A stretch of DNA of 58,386 bases from Candidatus Collierbacteria bacterium GW2011_GWB2_45_17. Its GTDB lineage: Bacteria > Patescibacteriota > Microgenomatia > UBA1400 > MFAQ01. A program made the translations under genes and the position numbers. Every line of letters starts with the position of its first letter. Position 1 is the stretch's first letter. The notes under the pieces were generated by a model. It made no database searches, was not told the DNA's origin, and worked only from the letters and a program-made list of their open reading frames with translations. Positions 7,266 through 15,842 of this stretch are shown here, piece by piece. The stretch lies in contig LCKO01000010.1 in the NCBI GenBank assembly GCA_001001485.1, positions 1 to 58,386 of the forward strand. The letters are read 5' to 3'.

Positions 7266-8783
7266 ATGTCAAATAATAATCGAGATCGGACAGTCTCCAC
7301 TTTCTACATCAGAGGACTGCACTGCGCCGCGTGCGAGCTGATTATAGAAAAGAGACTGAACAAAATAGAGGGGATTATCAAAGCTGATGTTTCTCTTCAA
7401 AAAGAAACACTGGATGTTGAAACTGAAACGGATCAGAGGATTTCGACTGATTTTTTGAATGGGTTTTTTGCGGGGGACGGTTACACTTTTTCCGAGAAAC
7501 CGTTTGAGAAGCAAAACAAAAATATCAATATTTCGTGTGAGTCAGAAGAAGTTCCGAATGGTGAGGCTGACAAGTTTATGCCTTTTATGATTGCGGCTCT
7601 AATCCTGATGGTTTTTTATATCCTCCAAAAAACAGGATTTACCTCACTTGTCTCGGTTAATTCTCAATCAGCTCTTCCGGCCTTTTTTCTTTTTGGACTG
7701 CTGGCCGGGGTTTCCAGCTGTGCCGCTTTGGTGGGAGGTATAGTTCTGTCCATGTCCAAGCAGTGGATGTCGCAATACAATGAGGGTGACTCGTTTGAAA
7801 AGAAAGCCGAACCCCATATCTTATTTAATATAGGGAGAGTAGCCGGATACGCTTTATTTGGAGCAGTGCTCGGTTATATCGGCAACTTTTTCCGTTTGTC
7901 TCCATCATTTTCGGCCATGCTCGTAATTGGGGTTTCAGCGGTGATGATACTTCTGGGCTTACAGATGCTAGGGGTGAAGGTGGCACATAAATTTCAACTG
8001 AGACTACCGAAGTCTTTTACCAATAAAGTGTCTGACGAGCAAAACTTTAAGGGAAGAACGGCGCCATTTTTTATGGGAGCGTTGACCTTTTTTCTACCCT
8101 GTGGCTTCACCGTGACGGCGCAGGCTTTGGCTCTCGCCTCCGGAGTACCCTTGCAGGGAGCTCTCATCATGGGGCTTTTTGCCTTGGGGACAGTACCAGG
8201 ACTGATGGCCATAGGACTTGGCAGTGTCCAGATGTTTGGTGACAAAAATAAATCGAAACAGTTTTCGACGGTGGCTGGTCTGCTGGTATTGGCTTTTTCG
8301 GCCTTTAATATTAACGCTCAGATGACGGTACTGGGACTAACTAACATTGGAGACATTGTCTCGGCAATGAGTACATCACAAGTGCTGGGTGCGACAGATT
8401 TGGTCCCGTCGGTGGGTGGAAAGCAAGTTATCAAGATGACGGCTTCGTCGAATGGCTATACTCCTAATAAATTTAGAGTTAAGGTGGGACAGATTGTGCG
8501 TCTCCAAATAACCGATACCGGCACCAGTGGCTGTACCAACGCCGTGATTTCAAAGTTGTGGGAGGGACAGATTGATCTGACTCAGGGTGAGACGGCGATT
8601 AAAGAGTTTACTCCGACAAAGGTCGGTATTTACAAATTCTCCTGTTGGATGGGAATGATTTCGGGGACGATCGAAGTGGTTGATGCTCAGGGCTTGGTAG
8701 GATCGAACACCACCCCCGTTGCTACCGGAGCCAAGGGCTGTGGTTGTGGCGGGGGAGGAACGGGGTCTTGCGGTGCAAAGTGA
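7266..8783 (+). CDS. HMA domain - TauE/SafE(DsbD_2)-like membrane domain - cupredoxin-like domain fusion protein
   Basis: 505 aa. N-terminal HMA with GLHCAACELI, central polytopic region with Cys motifs (GVSSCAAL, FFLPCGFT), and a C-terminal beta-rich domain (KFRVKVGQIVRLQITDTGTSGC...YKFSCWMGMISGTIEVV) resembling cupredoxin folds. Gly/Cys-rich tail. Confidence 0.75.
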   Translation: MSNNNRDRTVSTFYIRGLHCAACELIIEKRLNKIEGIIKADVSLQKETLDVETETDQRISTDFLNGFFAGDGYTFSEKPFEKQNKNINISCESEEVPNGEADKFMPFMIAALILMVFYILQKTGFTSLVSVNSQSALPAFFLFGLLAGVSSCAALVGGIVLSMSKQWMSQYNEGDSFEKKAEPHILFNIGRVAGYALFGAVLGYIGNFFRLSPSFSAMLVIGVSAVMILLGLQMLGVKVAHKFQLRLPKSFTNKVSDEQNFKGRTAPFFMGALTFFLPCGFTVTAQALALASGVPLQGALIMGLFALGTVPGLMAIGLGSVQMFGDKNKSKQFSTVAGLLVLAFSAFNINAQMTVLGLTNIGDIVSAMSTSQVLGATDLVPSVGGKQVIKMTASSNGYTPNKFRVKVGQIVRLQITDTGTSGCTNAVISKLWEGQIDLTQGETAIKEFTPTKVGIYKFSCWMGMISGTIEVVDAQGLVGSNTTPVATGAKGCGCGGGGTGSCGAK

Positions 8784-8793
8784 AATTATAATT

Positions 8794-8825
8794 TATATAG
8801 ATTCCCGATCAGGTCGGGAATGACA
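8794..8825 (+). repeat. G-type hairpin element
   Basis: TATATAGATTCCCGATCAGGTCGGGAATGACA: outer inverted repeat ATTCCCG/CGGGAAT. Confidence 0.7.
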
Positions 8826-8833
8826 AGGAAACA

Positions 8834-11800
8834 ATGAAAACAAAAATAACACAACTTTCGGTACCGGACATGCACTGTGAAGCCTGCCCAAAATTAATTA
8901 CCATGAATCTTAAGGAACTCAAAGAGGTCAAGGAGGTTGAGGCTGATTTGGAAACAAAAATGGTGACGGTGACTCATGCCGAAGGCCTAACAAAGGAAGC
9001 CATCATCGACAATATTAAAGAGTCTGGATATACGGCAGAGGTGATTGATGGAGTGAGATTTACCCGCAAGGGGTATCCAGGAGAGCCACAGTCGCTTGGG
9101 CGACTTCGCAATGACGAAGAGGTAGTTGGAGAAGAGTCAAAAAAAAAATCTGAACCAGACTCCCAAGTAGCGTACCTGGAAATATCGGGAATGCACTGCA
9201 GTAGCTGTGCCGGAATAATCGAGAAAACCCTCATGAAGACTAGCGGGGTATCTGAGGCGAATGTTAATTTTGCTACCAGTAAAGCCAGAATAAAGTTTGA
9301 GACGAAACTCACCAACCTGGGGGGGCTGGTGGCGGCTGTGAAGTCCACCGGTTACGGCGCCGAAATTCCATCCGAGACAAACTCCAAGTCCGAAACCGAA
9401 AAAAGAGCCGTCGAGATAGACTTTTGGTTTACAAAATTTATAGCAGGATTGGTGCTGAGTATACCAATGTTGTTATTTATGGTTTATGACTTTGTACCCA
9501 ACATGCCTTGGGCCAAAGTAATAATGCCAATCTCCGGCTTGATTTCTCTAGTGCTCGCCACCCCAGTGCAGTTTTGGGTAGGAAAAAACTTTATTCTGGG
9601 AGCGATCTCGGCTTTCAAAATGAAGACATTCAGTATGGATTCCTTGATTGCCATTGGAACGCTCACAGCTTATACCTACAGTGTCTTTGAACTTCTGAAA
9701 TATTTTGTAGAGACTGGATCGGCTATTGGTTTGAATGGGATGAAGATAGGCAATCTTTATTTTGAAGTAGCGTCACTTCTGATTACCTTCGTAGCTCTAG
9801 GAAAATGGTTGGAAGCCAAAGCCAAGGGAAAAACCTCTCAAGCGATCGAAAAGCTAGTAGGCTTGGCTCCAAAGATGGCCCGAGTAATGAGAAATGGCAC
9901 CCCAACTGACCTGCCTGTGGAGCAAGTGGTGGTGGGAGACATCGTGGTCGTTCGGCCCGGAGAGAGAATTCCGGTGGATGGAGTAATTATTTCCGGTTCC
10001 AGCTCTGTCGATGAGTCGGCGCTCACGGGAGAGAGTATTCCGATAGAGAAAACTATCGGAGCTAAAGTGTTTACGGCGACTATAAATAAGACGGGTAGTT
10101 TTGAATTTAAAGTGCAAAAAGTGGGCGAGGACACGGTGCTTTCTCAAATAGTGAAGCTGATTGAAGATGCTCAGGGAACTAAAGCCCCAATCCAGGGCTT
10201 TGCCGACAAAATTTCTTCGGTTTTTGTACCGCTGGTGATTTTAATGGCTATCGCCACCTTTCTGATTTGGTATTTCGTCCTCGGAGCGCCGTTTGAATTC
10301 GCGATTTTAGCCTTTGTTTCGGTAATTGTGATTGCTTGTCCGTGTGCTTTGGGTCTTGCGACTCCCACAGCGATTATGGTGGCCACGGGTAAAGGGGCAG
10401 AGCAGGGAATCTTGATTAAAGGCGGTGAACCGCTGGAAACGGCTTGTAAGATTGATACCATTATTTTTGACAAGACGGGGACACTCACCAAAGGCCAGCC
10501 GGAGGTGACTGACCTGATTAATTACTCTGGTAAGTCGGAACAGGAAGTTTTGATCGTGCTGTATGCTTTGGAATCTAAGTCCGAACATCCGTTGGCGGAG
10601 GCCATTGTCGAGTACTGTAAAAGTAGAATTTCGTCTGTCGATATGCAGACCCCGACCACCGATTTTAGCGCCATTCCGGGTCACGGGGTGGAAGCCAAGA
10701 TTAACGGACACACTTACTATGTGGGTAACCGCCGTTTGATGGAGCAGAAAAAGATTCACTCTTACTCCTTTATGGATTTGGAAAGATTGGAAGAAGATGG
10801 TAAAACAGCCATGCTGATTGCCTCTGCCGAACAAGTATTGGGAATAGTGGCGGTCGCCGACCAAGTAAAAGAGACCACAGTAGAAGTGGTTAAGAAATTG
10901 CAGAAAATGGGTATCGAAGTTTATATGATCACCGGGGACAACCGACGAACGGCCAATGCCATCGCCAAGCAAATTGGCATCACTAATGTTTTGGCTGAAG
11001 TCTTACCTCAAAATAAAGCCGAAGAAGTTAAAAAACTCCAAGAGCAAGGAAATATTGTGGCTATGGTAGGGGATGGGATTAATGATTCGCCGGCTTTGGT
11101 CCAGTCTGACCTCGGTATTGTGATGGCGTCCGGCGCCGACGTAGCGCTGGAGTCCGGAAGTATCATCATTATGAATAATGACTTGGATGGAGTCATCACC
11201 GCCATCAAACTGAGTATGGAAACGGTTGGAAAGATTAAGCAAAATATGTTTTTTGCGCTTTTTTATAACGTTCTCGGTATTCCGGTGGCGGCGCGAGTTT
11301 TCGTGTCTGCCGGTTTGGTACTTAAGCCGGAACTGGCCGGTCTGGCCATGGCGCTGTCTTCGGTTTCGGTCGTAAGTAACTCGCTTCTCCTTAAAGGATT
11401 TAACCCTAAGAAGTTTAATCTCATTTCCCGTTTGGCGCCGATCGTGATGACGGTTGGGTTCTTGCTTATTTTTTGGCAATTTGCAGTCATCTCTTCCAAA
11501 GAAAACTTGGGTGTGGTAACGACTTATGTCCAAAAGGATCCGGGTCTTGCAACTCAACTAAATTGGCTTATAACCAAGAATGAATCCAAGGTGACCATAA
11601 CCGAAGAAGGTTTTGTAAAACTGTTTCTAAAGACTGAGAGGATCACCGTGCCGCTGATTTTGGCTGAAGGAAAACCGGAAGCCGAGGGGACCGTGTCGGG
11701 CATGATAATTGGCAGTAAGGAGGCAGAGATGATGCGTGAAGAGAAATTGTTTTCCAATATTGGAGATGAAATAGAAAACTTCTTCGGAGTGCCCAAGATA

Positions 11801-12232
11801 CGAGTTACGGGAATTTTGGCACCGACCAACACGATTTTAGATGAGTACCACCTGATGGAGCCGACTGCTTTTGACCAGGTCAAGGCAGACGAACTGATAG
11901 TCGCCGAAACCCCATTTGGAGGGATCAAGATTTTCTATCTCTATGATGAAAAAAACATTCCCGACCAACTGAGGGGACTGATTGATCCATATCGAACCGA
12001 GTACCAGATAGAAGGCGAGACATATTTCTCAATCTATATTGGTTACGACGAGGCGAAAGAAATGAAGATGGAAAAACTGATTTACAAGATTGGTGATAAG
12101 CTCAAGAATTTTTTCGGCAACAATGTCTTGGTGGCTGGTCTACCCAGAAAGACCATGACCACTTTGGACATGATGCACTTTGTACCCAAGGAGTTTAAGG
12201 AAAATTATCTAAAGAGTTTGGAAATTAAGTAA
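8834..12232 (+). CDS. copA: copper-translocating P1B-type ATPase with two N-terminal HMA domains and a roughly 277-aa C-terminal extension
   Basis: 1132 aa. HMA motifs DMHCEACP and [16 protein letters not shown] ([12 protein letters not shown]), [17 protein letters not shown]. The canonical end is near 11400; an extra TM helix and a large domain follow. Confidence 0.95.
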   Translation: MKTKITQLSVPDMHCEACPKLITMNLKELKEVKEVEADLETKMVTVTHAEGLTKEAIIDNIKESGYTAEVIDGVRFTRKGYPGEPQSLGRLRNDEEVVGEESKKKSEPDSQVAYLEISGMHCSSCAGIIEKTLMKTSGVSEANVNFATSKARIKFETKLTNLGGLVAAVKSTGYGAEIPSETNSKSETEKRAVEIDFWFTKFIAGLVLSIPMLLFMVYDFVPNMPWAKVIMPISGLISLVLATPVQFWVGKNFILGAISAFKMKTFSMDSLIAIGTLTAYTYSVFELLKYFVETGSAIGLNGMKIGNLYFEVASLLITFVALGKWLEAKAKGKTSQAIEKLVGLAPKMARVMRNGTPTDLPVEQVVVGDIVVVRPGERIPVDGVIISGSSSVDESALTGESIPIEKTIGAKVFTATINKTGSFEFKVQKVGEDTVLSQIVKLIEDAQGTKAPIQGFADKISSVFVPLVILMAIATFLIWYFVLGAPFEFAILAFVSVIVIACPCALGLATPTAIMVATGKGAEQGILIKGGEPLETACKIDTIIFDKTGTLTKGQPEVTDLINYSGKSEQEVLIVLYALESKSEHPLAEAIVEYCKSRISSVDMQTPTTDFSAIPGHGVEAKINGHTYYVGNRRLMEQKKIHSYSFMDLERLEEDGKTAMLIASAEQVLGIVAVADQVKETTVEVVKKLQKMGIEVYMITGDNRRTANAIAKQIGITNVLAEVLPQNKAEEVKKLQEQGNIVAMVGDGINDSPALVQSDLGIVMASGADVALESGSIIIMNNDLDGVITAIKLSMETVGKIKQNMFFALFYNVLGIPVAARVFVSAGLVLKPELAGLAMALSSVSVVSNSLLLKGFNPKKFNLISRLAPIVMTVGFLLIFWQFAVISSKENLGVVTTYVQKDPGLATQLNWLITKNESKVTITEEGFVKLFLKTERITVPLILAEGKPEAEGTVSGMIIGSKEAEMMREEKLFSNIGDEIENFFGVPKIRVTGILAPTNTILDEYHLMEPTAFDQVKADELIVAETPFGGIKIFYLYDEKNIPDQLRGLIDPYRTEYQIEGETYFSIYIGYDEAKEMKMEKLIYKIGDKLKNFFGNNVLVAGLPRKTMTTLDMMHFVPKEFKENYLKSLEIK
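9061..9116 (+). repeat. E-type hairpin element inserted in frame in the copA inter-HMA linker
   Basis: TACCCGCAAGGGGTATCCAGGAGAGCCACAGTCGCTTGGGCGACTTCGCAATGACG, translated as [20 protein letters not shown] near-identical 57-nt copy lies in noncoding DNA at 58211-58267. Confidence 0.8.
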
Positions 12233-12241
12233 GGGCGGAGT

Positions 12242-12264
12242 CCTGCAGGGCCAGGCCCTGCAGG
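12242..12264. repeat. REP-A palindrome copy (left flank of RAYT-1)
   Basis: Perfect CCTGCAGGGCCAGGCCCTGCAGG. Confidence 0.9.
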
Positions 12265-12295
12265 TGGATGTGATTCATGTTTATAATGGTGGTAT

Positions 12296-12970
12296 ATGCC
12301 ACAAAAGAATAGTCGTAAAGAATATGGTGCCGGCGGGTATTACCATATCTTTAATCGAGGAGTAGAGAAGAGGAATATTTTTCTAGATGAACAAGATTAC
12401 AAAGTTTTTCTTGGCTATATGAAATTTTATCTCGAGATGCCTAGCCTGCAGGGCCAGGCCCTGCAGGCGGTGTCGCCATCAAAGATTCTCAAAAATTACC
12501 ATGACCAGATTGAGTTGCTTGCTTATTGTTTGATGCCAAATCATTTTCACTTTTTGATAAAACAATCGACCGATCGAGGTATCGCAGAATTTATGCAGTC
12601 TTTGGTGCTGAAGTACGTGATGTATTTTAATAAGAAATATAAACGAGTGGGGAGTTTGTTTCAAAGCCGATATAAGACAGTTCTAGTTGAAAATGAAAAT
12701 CAGTTTGTTTATATAACCAAATATATTCATCGGAATCCAATTGATATTTTACCTGCAGGGCCAGGCCCTGCAGGTCTGGAGGAGTATAAATATTCCAGTT
12801 ATGGAAATTACCTGGGATTGTTCCGGCAGGATTGGGTGAAGGCGGAAGAGATACTTTTTAACTTTTCAAAGAAAAATCATAGAAACACCTACCGATCTTT
12901 TGTGGAAGACTCGAGAGACACGGAAGACATCAAGAAAGTGTATCGTGAGATGATTGACCTGGATGATTAG
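12296..12970 (+). CDS. REP-associated tyrosine transposase (RAYT, Y1/HUH IS200-like transposase family), paralog 1
   Basis: 224 aa. YHIFNRGVEKRNIF N-terminus, HUH motif in MPNHFHFLIKQ, catalytic-Tyr region YITKYIHRNP. Flanked by REP-A on both sides and carrying two in-frame internal REP-A copies. Confidence 0.85.
   Translation: MPQKNSRKEYGAGGYYHIFNRGVEKRNIFLDEQDYKVFLGYMKFYLEMPSLQGQALQAVSPSKILKNYHDQIELLAYCLMPNHFHFLIKQSTDRGIAEFMQSLVLKYVMYFNKKYKRVGSLFQSRYKTVLVENENQFVYITKYIHRNPIDILPAGPGPAGLEEYKYSSYGNYLGLFRQDWVKAEEILFNFSKKNHRNTYRSFVEDSRDTEDIKKVYREMIDLDD
12445..12467. repeat. REP-A copy inside the RAYT-1 CDS
   Basis: Perfect palindrome, translated SLQGQALQAV. Confidence 0.9.
12752..12774. repeat. 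REP-A copy inside the RAYT-1 CDS
   Basis: Perfect palindrome, translated LPAGPGPAGL. Confidence 0.9.
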
Positions 12971-12979
12971 ACGCCTTTG

Positions 12980-13002
12980 CCTGCAGGGCCAGGCCCTGCA
13001 GG
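12980..13002. repeat. REP-A palindrome copy (right flank of RAYT-1)
   Basis: Perfect CCTGCAGGGCCAGGCCCTGCAGG, 10 nt after the RAYT-1 stop. Confidence 0.9.
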
Positions 13003-13020
13003 TATACAATAGAATACTTG

Positions 13021-13401
13021 ATGATACAAAAAAGATTGAGCCCTTTGGAGCAAGAAGTGATGATTGTGGTTTGGGAACTTAAAAGTTGCCATGCTAGGGA
13101 TATTGTGAGTAAATTTGAAAAGACTAAGCCCCTGGCTTATACAACTGTGGCGACTTTGCTAGATAGGCTTTATAAAAAAGGTATGGTGAATAGAAAAAAT
13201 GAAGGTTCCGTCTTTGTCTTCTCGCCAAAGTCTACTAGCGAAGAATATAGTAAAAAGATTGCCAAGTCTTTTCTTAATAATTTTTTTGATTCGTTTGGAG
13301 AGTCGGCGATGGTTTCGTTTGCTGAATCGGTAGAAAGCCTACCCAGGAAAAAAAGAGAAGACTTGTTGCGCTTGCTGAGAACTTACCATGCGAAACAATA
13401 A
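13021..13401 (+). CDS. BlaI/MecI/CopY-family transcriptional repressor (copy 2)
   Basis: ORF track 13018..13401 (TTG); ATG at 13021. LSPLEQEVMIVVWE....ARDIV...KPLAYTTVATLLDRLYKKGMVNRK. Confidence 0.8.
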   Translation: MIQKRLSPLEQEVMIVVWELKSCHARDIVSKFEKTKPLAYTTVATLLDRLYKKGMVNRKNEGSVFVFSPKSTSEEYSKKIAKSFLNNFFDSFGESAMVSFAESVESLPRKKREDLLRLLRTYHAKQ

Positions 13402-14353
13402 GTATTTTTTGGTTTTAGTTAGTTTTTTTGTTTTCTCCAGTATTATTTTGGGAATTATTTTTAAGAAGTATGTTTTCTTGCTTTTTCACCACTCTGTCTA
13501 CTACTGTCAACAGGTAATTGGTGCTTTGCCGATACGATTACCCGGAAACTTGGGGGAAGCCAGCCTGACTGTATTGCTGGTAATGTTTTTGTATACCACC
13601 TTAAAACTGGTGGTTACTCAGATAAAGACTTTTAAAATGAGGCGATGGTTATATTTATCCACTGTCCGCAGTGGCACGATAAAAAAGTTAGCTAATAGAC
13701 TGGAGCTGAAAAATAAGGTATTTGTCTTTAAAAAGAGTTATCCTTCGGCTTTTTGTTTTGGTTTTTGGAAGCCAAAAATTTATTTGTCGACCGGACTGGT
13801 CAAGATTCTTTCTCGGTCCGAACTGGAGGCAGTTGTGAGACATGAGAAATACCACCTGGAAAACAAAGATGCCTTCGTTTTTCTTCTCTCGTCGATGGCA
13901 CAAATTTTATTGCCTTTTTTTCCATTAATCTCCGACATTTCTAAAAAATATCGGATTCAAAATGAGATGGCGGCAGATGAGGCGGCTGTAGTGGGGATGA
14001 GAGAGGCGAAGTCTTTGGTATCGGTCCTGAAAAAACTGGTGGCCTATGAACCCAAGAGATCTTTGGCTTTGGCACTTTCTTTGGCAGACTGGAACACTTT
14101 GGAGTTTAGAATCAAAAGACTGCTTAATAAAAAAATCGAGTCAAAAAAAATACCGGTCGGAAGCATTCTCATCAGCGTGATCTCTTGGTTGATTTTGGGC
14201 GCATTAGCATTTACTCCCGTAGAGGCCCTTGACAACGACCTACATTCTTACTACACTTGTAGTAGTTATGATAATCAAAAATACCAGTCAAAACCCTATT
14301 CTAGTTATTCTTCTGATCGTGGCCGCCTTTTTTCTGGGTTCTTTGTGGACTGA
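13388..14353 (+). CDS. BlaR1-like M56 metallopeptidase without sensor domain (copy 2)
   Basis: 321 aa. TM-rich N-terminus, HEXXH in VVRHEKYHLENKD. Overlaps the repressor gene by 14 nt. Confidence 0.7.
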   Translation: MRNNKYFLVLVSFFVFSSIILGIIFKKYVFLLFHHSVYYCQQVIGALPIRLPGNLGEASLTVLLVMFLYTTLKLVVTQIKTFKMRRWLYLSTVRSGTIKKLANRLELKNKVFVFKKSYPSAFCFGFWKPKIYLSTGLVKILSRSELEAVVRHEKYHLENKDAFVFLLSSMAQILLPFFPLISDISKKYRIQNEMAADEAAVVGMREAKSLVSVLKKLVAYEPKRSLALALSLADWNTLEFRIKRLLNKKIESKKIPVGSILISVISWLILGALAFTPVEALDNDLHSYYTCSSYDNQKYQSKPYSSYSSDRGRLFSGFFVD

Positions 14354-15020
14354 AGTTAAGTATTTAAAAAAGACAAACGGTCAACAAGCGACAGGCGCTG
14401 CTCCAACCCAACAAGTACCGTCCCAACCAGATACAACAGATAACGGCGCGCCGATAAAAGTCTCAGTGGACAATGATCCGGTTTTGGGAGATAAAAAAGC
14501 TATAGTGACCTTAATTGAGTTTTCGGACTATGAATGCCCGTTCTGTAAAAAGTATTTTACCGATACCTATCCACAAATTAAAAAAGACTACATTGATACA
14601 GGAAAGGTTAAGATGGTATTTCGTGACTTGCCTCTTGGTTTCCATCAAAATGCTCCGAAAGAAGCAGAGGCGGCTGAGTGTGCCAGAAAGCAAGGCGGGG
14701 ACACGACCTACTTCAAATACCATGATCAGATATTTACCAAAACAACCTCCAATGGTACCGGCTTGGCTTTGGATCAACTACCGATCATAGCCAAAGAGTT
14801 GGGCTTGAACGTGAATAAGTTTCAGCAATGCTTGGACTCGGGTGAGTTTAAGAGTGAAGTGGATAAAGATCTGGCTGATGCTGGAGCCGTCGGGGCTAAT
14901 GGTACGCCAACTTTCTTTATCGGTAAGTCGACCAGTAACGGAGAGGTTGATGGTATCAAAGTTGTCGGTGCCCAGCCGTATAGCGCCTTTAAGACGATCA
15001 TAGACGAACTATTGAAGTAA
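14268..15020 (+). CDS. DsbA/BdbD-like thiol:disulfide oxidoreductase, membrane anchored
   Basis: ORF track 14229..15020; ATG 14268 gives MIIKNTSQNPILVILLIVAAFFLGSLW (TM anchor). Thioredoxin-fold active site CPFC in FSDYECPFCKKY. Overlaps the preceding ORF by 86-125 nt. Confidence 0.8.
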   Translation: MIIKNTSQNPILVILLIVAAFFLGSLWTEVKYLKKTNGQQATGAAPTQQVPSQPDTTDNGAPIKVSVDNDPVLGDKKAIVTLIEFSDYECPFCKKYFTDTYPQIKKDYIDTGKVKMVFRDLPLGFHQNAPKEAEAAECARKQGGDTTYFKYHDQIFTKTTSNGTGLALDQLPIIAKELGLNVNKFQQCLDSGEFKSEVDKDLADAGAVGANGTPTFFIGKSTSNGEVDGIKVVGAQPYSAFKTIIDELLK

Positions 15021-15023
15021 AAG

Positions 15024-15425
15024 ATGAGTAATAAAATTTTACTGGTGACCTTAGTTCTCATGGTGGGGTTGATTGGAGTGATGAGTTGGAAAGTAAAATC
15101 TGCTTCGGTTTTGGGTGCTACTGCCGGAAGTGAGACAATTTCTCTCTCTACCGATCCAAATCCTTTACGACCCGGACGGGCTACCTTTGTAATTGAGGTA
15201 AGAGATGCAGGCGGTGAACCGGTTGATAACGCCACGGTATCATATGACCTGAACATGACGACGATGAATATGGGCATTCAACAAGGAAGTGCGACTCCAC
15301 TGGGAAGGGGGCGATACACAGCTACAGGAAACTTGTCGATGCGAGGTCCTTGGAGAGTTCGCACCAAAGTGATTATGCCGGATGAAAGGACTGAGAACAA
15401 AGACTTTGTGATAAATGTGCCATAA
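15024..15425 (+). CDS. YtkA/FixH-like Ig-fold protein, Met-rich (putative Cu-binding)
   Basis: 133 aa. Signal/TM anchor, and the pattern VSYDLNMTTMNMG....GRGRYTATGNLSMRGPWRV is typical of YtkA-like domains found in copper loci. Confidence 0.5.
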   Translation: MSNKILLVTLVLMVGLIGVMSWKVKSASVLGATAGSETISLSTDPNPLRPGRATFVIEVRDAGGEPVDNATVSYDLNMTTMNMGIQQGSATPLGRGRYTATGNLSMRGPWRVRTKVIMPDERTENKDFVINVP

Positions 15426-15444
15426 TTATTAATAAAGAATTTTT

Positions 15445-15828
15445 ATGAACTTTGATTACACAGTTACAACAACAAAATCGTTTGACGAAGCGGTTCGTGC
15501 AGTTGAGCTGGAGACACAAGAGGCTGGTTTTAGAGTGCTTTATATTCATGATGTGGCTGAAACTTTGAAAGAAAAGGGCTTGGAAATTGAGCCTTTGAAG
15601 ATAATTGAGATCTGTAACGCTAAAAGTGCTTATGCGGTACTACAGGCGGATATCAAGATAGGTCTTTGTCTGCCCTGTAAGATAAATGTCTACCGGAAGG
15701 ATGGAGTGACGTATATTTCGGGGATGAGGCCGATTATTTTACCCAAATTTTTCCCCGATGCGGATTTGGGTAATCTTCCTAATGAAGTAGACGCGATAAT
15801 CAAAAAAATTATCGACGAAAGTAAGTAA
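15445..15828 (+). CDS. DUF302 domain protein
   Basis: 127 aa. SFDEAV..VE....AGFRVLYIHDV...L.EKG.EIEPLKIIEICNAK....VL matches the DUF302 pattern. Confidence 0.7.
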   Translation: MNFDYTVTTTKSFDEAVRAVELETQEAGFRVLYIHDVAETLKEKGLEIEPLKIIEICNAKSAYAVLQADIKIGLCLPCKINVYRKDGVTYISGMRPIILPKFFPDADLGNLPNEVDAIIKKIIDESK

Positions 15829-15842
15829 CTAAGGCCTGCAGG

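Noticed and set aside
9838-11928. Several 60-220-aa minus-strand ORFs (for example 10307..10972 and 11003..11557) and the plus-strand ORF 9508..9690
   Set aside because: They are antisense or out of frame within copA, which has every P1B-ATPase motif. Their Arg/His-rich composition is typical of shadow frames.
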